A DNA stretch of 64,000 bases from an uncultured virus (IMG/VR IMGVR_UViG_3300037067_001926) (Duplodnaviria > Heunggongvirae > Uroviricota > Caudoviricetes): the IMG/VR virus record IMGVR_UViG_3300037067_001926; one strand, 5' to 3'. The notes under the pieces were generated by a model. That model searched no databases, had not been told where the DNA came from, and was given only the letters and a program-made list of their open reading frames with translations. Shown in pieces: positions 28,153 through 38,700 of this stretch (within the stretch, counting starts at the first letter, position 1; each line of letters opens with the position of its first letter). Both the position numbers and the translations under genes were made by a program.

Positions 28153-31029
28153 ATGGCACAAAAGAATAAACCGGCCGCTGATCTCGTCCTGGAGAAGGGC
28201 CTGCCATCCAACCTCGAAGCTGAACGCTGGACCCTTGGGGCTGTCATGCTCGATGGGAAGCGCTTCGATGAAGTCCGCTCCGCGCTCCAACCCGAGGACT
28301 TCAGCCTCAACAAGCACCAGCGCATTTTCCGGGCCATGGATAAACTCCGCGAAGCGGGGGAGGAAATCAACCGCCTCTCCGTCGCCCAGGAGTTGATGCG
28401 CCGGAACGAGCTGGAAGCTGTCGATGGTTTGACGTACCTCGTCTCGCTTGAGGAGGGGCTTCCGGCCGGGTTGACGATCACCGGGCTCCTGTCCGCTGTG
28501 CGGGAATCGTCTGCCCTTCGCAAGACCATCTTCGCTTCCCAGAATTTAATCAACCGCTGCATCGCAGGAGAGCGCAGCAAAGACCTCAGCAATTCCGCGG
28601 AAGAGATCCTCCTTGCGCTTGGCGCTCCCCAGACTGACGCCGGGCCACAGACACCGGAGGAGATCCTGGAGGACTTCCCCGGTGGGATCAATACATTCCT
28701 GGATCCGCACTCACGGAAGAAGGGCCTTGAGACAGGGTTTGCTAGGCTCGATGAGTTAACTGGTGGGCTCTACCCACAGGATCTTGTCATACTTGCGGCC
28801 CGTCCTGGGGTAGGGAAGTGCTTGGCTGGGGCTTCCTTAATCTTGCAACCAGATGGATCGCTGAAGACCATATCACAGATGGTACAGGAACGCGAAGGGA
28901 GGGTTGTCACCCTTAGTGAAACCCTGAAGCTATCCTCTGGGGATCCTGTGGACTTCGTTTGCAGCGGAGTACAAGACACCGTTAAGCTCATGACTCGTAG
29001 TGGCAGGACTATCACAGCCACCGCCTCCCACCCGCTCCTAACGCTCAATGGGTGGGTGCCACTTGCTTCTTTGCGGAAGGGCGATCGCATTGCGGTACCC
29101 CGTACTTTGCCGTTCTTCGGGGATTCCTCTTTCCCGGAATATGCAATCAAGTTGGTGGCATATCTCCTGGGTGATGGTGGCGTAAAAGGAGGTAGGGTTA
29201 GGTTCACCAACGCTTGCCCTGCGGTGCTTAAAGACTTCTGCGATGCAGTGGAGTGTTTTACTGGATCACAAGCTAGCCTACAGCAACTGAGGGATACTAC
29301 TCCAGCGCGTACCTATGGGGTTCGGTCTGACCCAGAATACGTAAGGCGTAACCGAGAGGCTTTTGGGGTTAGGTTTAAGTCCCTAGTCCTGAGACAACAT
29401 CGTTCCCTACGAGCATTCGCTGCCAGCACGGGGTTATCCTATGGCATGATATGGCTCTGGGCCAAGGGACGATGCGCCCCGGACGATAAGGACGCTCTTG
29501 CTATTTCCGATGCTCTTTGCGTTCTGCCTTCAGAGTTGTGCGATGATTTCCGGCTAATTAGAGCGAACGGACGATGTTCTGCGCACCTGTGGCTAGATCA
29601 GATAGGGTTGACCGGGAAGGGCGCTTGGGATAAGGCAGTTCCAGAATTCGTTTTCCGTCTCCCAAGGGGGCAGATGGCTATTTTCTTGCAGCGTTTGTTC
29701 GCTACTGATGGTTGGGCTTGCGTCGGGGCTGCCGGCAAACGAGAGATCGGATATTGCTCTGTAAGCGAAAGGCTTGCGCGAGATGTACAGCATCTATTGT
29801 TGCGATTCGGCGTATTGTCAAGGGTGACCCACAAGAAGACTACATGCGGCGACGTCCGTTCTCGCGCTTGGCAGGTGACTATCCATGACGGGCCTAGCCT
29901 GCGCACTTTCGCGGAAGATATTGGGATATTTGGGAAAGAAGAGTCAGTGCTACGAGTTGTATCTTCTATCCCCGCTGCCTCGTGCCCGAATGTTGACACT
30001 ATCCCGGTAGGTATTTGGCAAGGCATCATTGCCGCTAAGGGAGCTGAGTCCATGCTTAGCCTTGGACGCCGATCCGGCATCAAAGGTTGGGTTAACATAC
30101 ACGCTGGCAAGCGCGGATTGTCGCGCGGTAGGTTGCTCAAGTTGGCCAAGGCCCTAGACTCAGCTCGGATGTGCGATATTGCTAACAGCGATGTCTTTTG
30201 GGACGAGGTATCTAGCGTAGAGCCTGCTGGGGTTCAGCCGGTGTATGACTTGACCGTGGCCGACACCCACAACTTCGTGGCCAATGACGTTATCGTCCAC
30301 AATAGCGCGCTCGCGCTCAACGTAGCTGAGCACATTGCGGTTAAGCTCGAAAAGACTGTGATGTTCTTCTCGCTGGAGATGTCGAAGGCTTCCCTGCTGA
30401 GCAGGTTGATCTGCGGTTCAGCCCGTGTCGACATGCAGCGCTTCAGGCTTGGCTACCTTGATGCCGATGATCGCTACCGCTTGCAGAAGGCTACATCCAG
30501 AATAGCCGGGGCCAAACTCTACATCGACGACAAGAGCGCCAGCACACTTGCTGATCTGCACGCCAAAGTGCGCCGCCGCATGGCGAGCGGGCCAGTGGAC
30601 TTGGTGATAGTCGACTATCTCCAGCTCATGTCCGCCGGGCGGACGTACGAGAATCGCAACCAGGAGGTCACTGCCATCAGCCGCGGGTTGAAGCTCATGG
30701 CGGCTGAGATCAACGCCCCGATATTGGCGCTGTCCCAGTTGAGCAGGGCACCGGAGCTACGCAAAGGCGGGGCTAGACCGCAGCTTAGTGACCTTAGGGA
30801 GAGCGGAAGCCTGGAACAAGACGCCTCTACCGTCCTGTTCATCTTCCGCGAAGAGATGTACAAGTCCGATCGAGACGATCTGCACGGCAAGGCAGAGTTG
30901 ATTATCGGCAAGCAAAGGAACGGGCCAACAGGAACAGTGAAACTTGTATTTCTACACCATCTGACGCGCTTCGAGAACGCTGCCAGCGATCTCGAAGAGG
31001 TACCACCACCCACAGGAGATGAAGAGTGA
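28153..31029 (+). CDS. dnaB: Replicative DNA helicase DnaB with intein
   Basis: LPSNLEAE, LAARPGVGK|S, FFSLEMS, IVDYLQLM, LSQLSR, LSDLRESGSLEQDA, KQRNGPTG. Confidence 0.95.
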   Translation: MAQKNKPAADLVLEKGLPSNLEAERWTLGAVMLDGKRFDEVRSALQPEDFSLNKHQRIFRAMDKLREAGEEINRLSVAQELMRRNELEAVDGLTYLVSLEEGLPAGLTITGLLSAVRESSALRKTIFASQNLINRCIAGERSKDLSNSAEEILLALGAPQTDAGPQTPEEILEDFPGGINTFLDPHSRKKGLETGFARLDELTGGLYPQDLVILAARPGVGKCLAGASLILQPDGSLKTISQMVQEREGRVVTLSETLKLSSGDPVDFVCSGVQDTVKLMTRSGRTITATASHPLLTLNGWVPLASLRKGDRIAVPRTLPFFGDSSFPEYAIKLVAYLLGDGGVKGGRVRFTNACPAVLKDFCDAVECFTGSQASLQQLRDTTPARTYGVRSDPEYVRRNREAFGVRFKSLVLRQHRSLRAFAASTGLSYGMIWLWAKGRCAPDDKDALAISDALCVLPSELCDDFRLIRANGRCSAHLWLDQIGLTGKGAWDKAVPEFVFRLPRGQMAIFLQRLFATDGWACVGAAGKREIGYCSVSERLARDVQHLLLRFGVLSRVTHKKTTCGDVRSRAWQVTIHDGPSLRTFAEDIGIFGKEESVLRVVSSIPAASCPNVDTIPVGIWQGIIAAKGAESMLSLGRRSGIKGWVNIHAGKRGLSRGRLLKLAKALDSARMCDIANSDVFWDEVSSVEPAGVQPVYDLTVADTHNFVANDVIVHNSALALNVAEHIAVKLEKTVMFFSLEMSKASLLSRLICGSARVDMQRFRLGYLDADDRYRLQKATSRIAGAKLYIDDKSASTLADLHAKVRRRMASGPVDLVIVDYLQLMSAGRTYENRNQEVTAISRGLKLMAAEINAPILALSQLSRAPELRKGGARPQLSDLRESGSLEQDASTVLFIFREEMYKSDRDDLHGKAELIIGKQRNGPTGTVKLVFLHHLTRFENAASDLEEVPPPTGDEE
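28819..30303 (+). mobile_element. Intein (495 aa) with LAGLIDADG homing endonuclease, inserted in the DnaB Walker A loop
   Basis: Starts CLAGAS after GVGK; block B TASHPLL; LVAYLLGDG and LQRLFATDG motifs; ends VYDLTVADTHNFVANDVIVHN|S. Confidence 0.95.
30630..30644. repeat. Dispersed palindrome copy 7
   Basis: GTCCGCCGGGCGGAC in dnaB (SAGRT). Confidence 0.95.
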
Positions 31030-32880
31030 AGGCTCCACGGTATGTAGCGTACAACCCGGACAACGTATTGGAATCTGCGTTCATCAGTTCGGCCAGGAAC
31101 TCCCTGCGCCGGAGGTATATCCCAATGACTGATGACATTGATGATAAGCGAAGCCGGTTTGTAGATGAGGTCTTGGAGAAGAGGCGGCAGCGAATGGCCG
31201 CGGAAGAGGAACAGGCATGACTCCTTCGGATTCAGACAGTACCAGTTCGGTAGTAATCAGTTCAGACGAGAGCAAGATCCTGAATGCGCTCATCAGGCCG
31301 GAAGCTAAACTCGAAGTGATCGTCCCACATGAGGCTTCGGCAGAGGATCTCTGGAACACTCTGTCGATCTGCATTAAGGGAGTCAACTACATGAACAGCC
31401 GGATCCGCCGGCTGTCGCCCATCATTGGGCGAATACTGTGCCGCTTTGAAGATCGGCCAAGCCTGTACAAAGAGCTGGGCTACCAGACATTCAGCGACTT
31501 CAAGTGGAAAGGCGTGTCGGATGGGCTGGGCATTGGGAGGAGCTTCCTCTACGAGTCGATGGTGTTGGCTCGCCAGTGGCCTCAGGTTACGCCGGAACGC
31601 TTCGAGCGCATTGGCCCGAAGAAGATGCGCATTCTGGAGAAGATCACCGATGGGAAATCGTCCCGCGCCGAAGAATTGCTCTGCAAAGCAGAAACTCTGA
31701 AGGTCACGGAACTTCGGCATTGGGCAGAGGAAAAGGGTGACCTGATGGTCGACGAGTCTGTCGGCCGCACCATTGAGATCCCTGCTACCCTGGCCACCTA
31801 TCGGAGATGGTGGGACTTCAAGAGAACCCCAGAAGTCCAGGCTTATGTGGGGCCACCGGCAGACCCAGACAAGATTCTTAATGCTCTGATGGATGAGGCA
31901 TTCAATTCCTGGATGATAGAAGGTGCTGGCATTATAGCAAAGGCAAAGGAGAAAGAAGATGACGCTACGCGAGACGTTGACGTTCACAACAGCAACACTT
32001 CCGAGCCTGAAGATTAAGGCTCATGGCGACCTACTGAAGGCTGTTCTGGAACTCAGAACGGAACTGACCGCCGACTCGGCCAAGATCATTGGCTGCCACG
32101 ACTCGGCTTTCGATGCCCATGACGCTCCCCGTGGGGGCTTCGAAAAGATCCAGTTGCAGTACGAGATTGAAGCGTGCCAGATCAAGCTCCGCAGTATGCG
32201 TGAGAACGGCATGGGGTTGCTGATTACCCCACAGGTGGTTAACAAGTTCACAATCCTTAGGGTGTCTGACGCTACCCTCGGTTTGGCGTTCTCAGTCAGC
32301 ACGGATCGAGCCACCGACGCGATAGCCTTCATGATCGAGACTCTTGGCTCGACCTTCGAGGTTGTAGTCCAGCCTTCTCAGACTGACCTCGACTTCAGCG
32401 GTGAGCCTGGGGCTGCTAAGCCTGAGGACGATGTAGACTTTCTCAAAGAGATGGGGGTTGATAGCGAGAGCGAGGAGGACGATGGCCCCGAAGCCGCCTG
32501 AGGAACGCAACCCATATCGGATGGCCGGGATAACCGGCCGTCCGAAGCAGACTGAGTTCATCTGCGACGTCTGCCACAAGGCCGGCCTCGGCAACGTCAA
32601 CCAGAAGCGCCACCGCGGGGAGTGCAGCAGGCAGAAGATCGCCGAGCTTCGCTCCGCGGCGAAGGATCGGCACGCTGGGCTTGTTGTGAGGCTGGCCCTG
32701 AAGGATGGGACGCTGGCCCACGCGACCCTCCCCAACAACCTTCTTAAGTTCAGCCTAACCAAAGGGCTACTTGCTGTGTTCCCCAACGGTAGCAGTCGAA
32801 GAATACAGCGCAAGGAGATTGAGCGTCTGACAGTGTCTAGCGTCATCGGTATCAACAGGATCAGGAGGGTTATCAAGTGA
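31026..32880 (+). CDS. Hypothetical genes 31026-31220, 31217-32017, 31959-32501, ~32482-32880
   Basis: Co-oriented overlapping ORFs; no confident family. Confidence 0.55.
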
Positions 32881-33221
32881 TGACCCAGAAGCAGTTCGAG
32901 CGAGTCACGGGGCATGAGCTGGAGACCGGGGAGCACAGCCTATCCACGGTTTGCGATTGTAAGGATGAGCACATACAGATCCGGGTTCCGACGGGGTTGA
33001 ACGACCCTATCCGTGTCCTGGCGGACAAGGTCTACAAGCACCATTCTAGGATCATCATGGAGCGGCAGGGGTACAGGTGCCGTGAATGCGGGAACCTGGG
33101 CAGGCTTGAAATAGACCACATCGTTCCACGATCAAAAGGCAGGGACGACAGGCTGCACAACCTTCGCGCCGTGTGCGCTTCGTTCACGGGATGTCGGGTA
33201 CATCAGTTGAAACATGGGTGA
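32877..33221 (+). CDS. HNH endonuclease
   Basis: CRECG...EIDHIVPRSKG.DD.LHNLRAVC...CRVH. Confidence 0.85.
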   Translation: MMTQKQFERVTGHELETGEHSLSTVCDCKDEHIQIRVPTGLNDPIRVLADKVYKHHSRIIMERQGYRCRECGNLGRLEIDHIVPRSKGRDDRLHNLRAVCASFTGCRVHQLKHG

Positions 33222-33226
33222 CTACA

Positions 33227-33442
33227 ATGGGCGTCTCGATTCTGGTAGACCTACTGATGAGCAAGGAGCCTATCGCTTTTCGCACTCGCATTCAGTCGGC
33301 CCTAGATATGCTTCAGGGCGGCGCAAGCAAAGACGCCGTCAAGCGCTTGCATGGGGCCGTCGTCCTACGCGAAGCGCTCAGGCTCCAGGCAGATGCGTAT
33401 GAACTCGTCCGCCGGGCGGACAAGAGAGGACTTCCGTCATGA
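33227..33442 (+). CDS. Small hypothetical protein
   Basis: Fills the gap between HNH and RusA, with an ATGA overlap at 33439. Confidence 0.5.
   Translation: MGVSILVDLLMSKEPIAFRTRIQSALDMLQGGASKDAVKRLHGAVVLREALRLQADAYELVRRADKRGLPS
33407..33421. repeat. Dispersed palindrome copy 8
   Basis: GTCCGCCGGGCGGAC (VRRAD). Confidence 0.95.
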
Positions 33443-33864
33443 GGATAGTAGTCTATGGAGATCCTGCTCCACAGGGCAGCAAGAAGTTTGTTGGAATGAG
33501 AGGTGGTCACGGAATGATGGTGGAGTCCAGCAAGAAGGTCAAGCCCTGGCGGCAGGATGTGAAGGCTGCGGCGATTGAGGCACTGGCTGGAGGTCAGGGC
33601 ATAGCCGGCCCGGTGCGCGTAAGGATGGTCTTTACTCTGCGAAAACCTACCACTTCCCCGAAACGGAAGAAGACATGGCCTTCGAAGAAGCCTGATCTAT
33701 CTAAGCTAGTGCGATCCACAGAGGACGCATTGACCGAAGCTGGGATTTGGGAGGATGATGCCAGGGTAGTGTTCCTTGTGGCCAGAAAAGTGTATCCCAA
33801 CGAGGGCCCCGAAGCGCTATCCACTCCTGGAGTGTTGATTGAAGTTGATGAAGAGAAGGAGTAG
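33439..33864 (+). CDS. rusA: RusA-family Holliday junction resolvase
   Basis: GDPAPQGSK...KPDLSKLVRSTEDALT..IWEDDARV. Confidence 0.88.
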   Translation: MRIVVYGDPAPQGSKKFVGMRGGHGMMVESSKKVKPWRQDVKAAAIEALAGGQGIAGPVRVRMVFTLRKPTTSPKRKKTWPSKKPDLSKLVRSTEDALTEAGIWEDDARVVFLVARKVYPNEGPEALSTPGVLIEVDEEKE

Positions 33865-33867
33865 ACG

Positions 33868-35645
33868 ATGAGCAACAGTTCGAGCCAGAGCGATGGTGTA
33901 GATGCGTCTACATCTGTTTTTGCCGAATCAGTAGTTAGGGCGTACTGGGACAAGAAGCCAACGTCAGACTGGTTCCCAGCACGCCAGCCGGGTGAGGTGT
34001 TCTGGCAATTTCCCAATAGCCGCACTCCAACGATCGCCAAAAAGTGGCCACCCCTACAGCCCGTAGACCATCGCTACGACAAGATCGTCGAAGAGTTTTG
34101 CGGCAAGCCATTGCTCTACAGCCCTCCGCCGGAACCATTGATCTGGACTCCCCCTCCGGGGACGTTCCCAAAAGATGAAGAGGATAAGAGCACAACCGAG
34201 GTCAGCTTCCCGAAGATTCACCAAGACGTTGGCCGATGGAAATGTAGCGTCGTGGCAGTGGTGAAGATTCTCCATCCGTTTCCTTCGAAAACCTACCGCC
34301 AAATTATGGATATCGAATGCCACTGCTGGCTCCAGGCTGAGCCAACTGGAGACACATGGGTAGGACCTAAGGAGTTCTACCCAACGTATCAGAAGTGGAT
34401 GGATGGAGCGCCTAAGCTGGAAGACCTGCGCTATGCGTTTCTTGACTGGGTTCAAGATATAGAAGCGCACCCCGATTGCTGCGTCAGGCACAAGATGATC
34501 GGCAAGTATGATGGATCCCCGTGCCATGGAATTAGGAGAGAGAAACCACCGTTGGCTCTGGCACCTGATTCTTCCGTTGTCGGTGCGTCTATATATACTA
34601 CGCTGTGGGCTACAACAACCGATCTATACCCTGGTTCTCTACAAGGCATAGCAGCACGTCAAGGATTGATCGCTGGGGAACAACTCTATAGTTGGGCAGT
34701 GAACCAGGGAGTTAAGTAGATGCCTATGGATTCCGCCCAACCACCTGAGCCCACTGTCCCCTATGGGGTTACTGTTTTGAAGGAGCCATTCATGCCGATC
34801 GGCCAACACCGTGTCGGCCGGTGGCTGCTGGAAGTATGCGGGTCAGAAGCGATTTCTGACGCATACGCATACCACTTCGTAGTCTTATGTACTCCATGCA
34901 ACGAGGATGGGACAACGCCATGCAAAGATCACCGAGTTCCCGAATATGTGCAGTATTCCGTTACACGACTTACGGTCAATGCCATCTTCAAGCCGGTACT
35001 AGCGGCAGTCTTCGACCAGCTTCTGAAAGGTGTCGAGCGCCGGCTTGAGAACTCTCCCGAGTGCTGCCTGCGGCACATGCTCATCGGGGAGTACGATGGT
35101 AGCCCATGCGTACTTAGCAATTCACAAGGCGAGGGGGCCCAGTGAGCACTAGATGGGACTGCTTCGGAGGGGAGGTTTTCTATGTTGATGAAGAGCCAGG
35201 GGATCCAATGAAGATTGGACCGAATTACTTCGAAGGGCGAGTCGTTTACGTTAGCAGGGATGGGCAGCGCACCATAGGCGCGTGGCTGGATGGGGAGGGT
35301 GGGCCTGGGTGGAAGGTGTGGGTGTCGGCAATCCATTCCGAAAACCCAGCAACGGACGTATTGCGATTTTCGGTGGACCCAATAAAGAAACGCAATAAGC
35401 TCGATGGGAGATATTTCTCACACACAGTCGTCAAGTCATACCACAGATTCTTTGGGCCTATTACCGACACTGCCGGTGTATTAACCTACCTCGCAAAACA
35501 GGCCGTGGCTCAAGTCTGCCAGGGTATGCGCTGCTGCGTCAAGCACATGCTCATCGGGCACTACGATGGAACGGAATGTTGCGGCTTGGCCCCTAGCGCT
35601 TCGGAGCCCGAGACTTCAGTCGCCGCGGCAGATCCCGCATCTTGA
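33868..35645 (+). CDS. Three tandem paralogous hypothetical proteins (33868-34719, 34720-35145, 35142-35645)
   Basis: Each carries CCxxHxxIGxYDGxxC. Confidence 0.75.
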
Positions 35646-35766
35646 AGCCTTTGTTCTCCCGTAGCATCTTCCGCGCCTTCTCCCTACTGGGCCCGCCCTT
35701 CTTCTTTATCCGGCCGCTGGCCGCTGCCCCAAGGAACGCGGCCTGAGCTTTGCTGACGATCTTCAT
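35593..35766 (-). CDS. Small highly basic protein ending KSRAPKR
   Basis: Coupled to the stop of 35763-39935; Lys/Arg-rich. Confidence 0.65.
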   Translation of the reverse strand: MKIVSKAQAAFLGAAASGRIKKKGGPSREKARKMLRENKGFKMRDLPRRLKSRAPKR

Positions 35767-38700
35767 TCCCCTCTCCTCCATTGCCTACTTGGACGTGCTT
35801 GGCTCAAGTCATAACCCGCTTCAGCGAGTTCCGCTGAGTCGTAGACTGCTGACGTCAATGCCGTGTCTACGTGGACTTCCTTTCCGTACTTGGAGGCTTC
35901 CTCAAGCGCTACCCGCAAAGCGGCTGGATCAGCAGCCTCAAGGCTGAATACTTCGACATTTGCCCCACGGCCGCGGACATCACCTTTCCTTAGCAGCCCA
36001 GCCAAGCCATCTGTGCCTGGGATATTGTCGTGCCTTGCCATGTCTTCAAGAGGGATGATCTCGCCTCCCCGCTTAGCCCAGTAGCCAGCAGGAAACCTTG
36101 GCCGTGCCATCGGCGGACGCGCGAATCGGCCTGCCGCTCTCGTGGCTACCTCAGCCAGCCTGGAGTAGTCGGCTTGGCCAGACTCGCCCTTCAGAAACGA
36201 CTCAACGGAAGGGAGGCCCTGCTTACCCTCCGGGGTCAGGGATTTGCTGATCTCTCCGGCTGTAACGCCTGACTTCAGGAGTGACCCACTCTCGGTCCTG
36301 AACTGCGCCTGCCCGCCGCTCTCGCCTACATACGTCAGACGCTCTCCCGGCGAAGCCATCAGCTCAGGAGATTCGCTTGCCACTACATAGGTCTTCCCTC
36401 GCACGAGTTCAGTGGCCGGCGCTTCGACCAGCTTCCCGGTCTCGGGCTCTACCTTCAGAACCGTCTCCCGCGCCGGCGGCGGTGTCCGCCCGGCGGACTC
36501 AGCCTTCACCACAATCCTGTCGCCGCGGGCAGGTGGAGTGCTATGCCACCGAGGACTTTCACCTGGTACTGGATTGCCCTGAACGTCTACCCGCTGCGCG
36601 AGTACCTCAAAAGTATGGTTAGGCTTCATGCGGAAGTCTATGATCTTGTCGTATGACGCCCAGTAGCTCTTGTATATGATATTCCCAGGCTCGTAGAAGT
36701 CTACCACCTTCTGCATGAATGCCGGAAGTTTACCCTTCTTGGATGCCGCTGCTGGACCAGGAGGCGGAGCCTCCCCACCAGAGCCGACCGGAGCCGGGCC
36801 AGATGGTCCTCCGCGAGGGAGTTGTACGCTGGTCGGCCGCACTGCGGGTGGGGCAGCCGATGGCTTGCCGACGTCCTCGATGAACTCCAGCATACTGGCA
36901 ACGTCTTCGCCCTTCGCGGCCGGCAGTTCTTTGCCTTTGGCAGAGAATCGCACGGCTTGCCAACTGGAAGTCTCAGGATCGAACCGCACGGTCAACGGCC
37001 CGTCAGGGAGGACCTTTGTCCACGTCCTGACAAGCGATCCCTCGCCGGGCTCGAATCCCCTACGGACTTCCCCTGCCCGCTTCCGTTCCTTGAACCCAGC
37101 CGATGTCAGAGCTTCCTCAGCCGGAGACGCGGTTACTGGCTCAGGGACCGCCTTCGGCGCTGGCGCTTGCGGTACTTCCTCTACCCGCAGTCGCATCTTG
37201 GGGTAGCGCTCTTGGAGGTCAGCCAGGGTTTCCTGCGCCTCAGCAAGGGTCTCAGGTGGGGTGTCTGGGTTGTACGGCTTCCACTCGCCCTTCGCGCCAG
37301 GGATTGGCTTGTCGTAGAACATCACCTGATGTAACCCCGAAGGGGTCGCTGGCGGCGCTGGGGGAGGAGGCGTGACCTTGACGTTGGCCAGATCGGCCAT
37401 CGACTTTCCGACAACCACCGGCTTCGCAGGGGTGACCGGAGGAGCCGCGGCTGCTAGTTGAATCTGGGACTTTCCCCCGAAACGATCACCGAACTCTACC
37501 TTGTCGCTGGTGAACCGCATTCCCTTGAGCGGGTTGGCAAGCTTCTTAGCATACTTGGCACCCTTGCCGGGCTTAAGGTAAGCGATTGTCACATGGGGCT
37601 TGTACTCTGGGTGCGTGGTAGCACCAGGAAGAGAGGCGAGTCTGGAGTTCAGCCGGTGCAAATCCGGCGAGTCGACCTCCGCCACTAGAACATCTGACCC
37701 ATTAGCCTCTGACGCCGGGAAGACTTTCAGCTTGCCCACGGTGAAGGTCACCGGGCCTTCGCCCGCAAGTGCCTCTGCCACTGGGGCATGGTTCTCAGCT
37801 TCAAGACCATAGCGCACTGTGACGTGAGGGAAAGTCTCTATGCCCTCATCTGCCAAGTCAGACTTCGCAATGTTCTCTGCGATAGCGCCAATCCTATGGC
37901 GTGCTCCCTCTGGGAGGTTCACTTGAGTCGTCGCGTAGTCATGCTGCGGAGCCGGCGCTTGGGGCGCTGCCCCTGCTGGAGCCCTCCCCTCCTTGGCGTT
38001 GTACAGATCATCGTAGAAGGAGATGTCAGGCTGAAGGGCTGCCCTCCGCTGTATATCGGGCTCCTGAAGAGCCCGGTTCTCCATGTCCACACGCGAAGCG
38101 AGCACACGCTCAGACGGCATCTGCACCAACCGCTGTGCCTCTTCAAGACTCAGGTCAATGCCGTGGCTCTTGGCTAGATCCACTACCTCCAAGAGTTTGC
38201 GAGCAGTCTCAGTTTCTTCCTGCGTGGGTTTCGCTTTGCGGCTTCGCGTAGACCGCGGCGTGTGCTTGGTTGGCGTTGTTGGCTCAACCGGCTCAACCAC
38301 TGGTGCCGGTGTTGGGATCGGGGCCGCTGCACCAGAAGGCGACGGCGGGCCCTTCGGGGGAGTGGGCAGAGGTGCCGGCGCAGGTGCAGCAGGAGGCGGA
38401 GGCGGAGTAGTGTCTCCGGGCGCGGCCGTGGCGGCAGACGCTCTGCCGAATATCTCCGCTGCGGCATCGGGCGTGACAATCTCGGCCGGCGGCGGTGGCA
38501 CCGGCGCGGCAGCGGGAGCTTCAGGAGGAATGTCCACGTACTCCGCTTCGATCGGCTGTCCAGACCTGATGCGAGCCGCAGAAAGATCAGCTTGCAGCTT
38601 GGCTTGGTAGGCACGCTGCTCGTCGACGTGGGCCTGCTGTTCCTCTACCGCTGCGCGGGCCTTGTCGATGATCTTCGGCGCGGCCTTGGTCTTGCCATGT

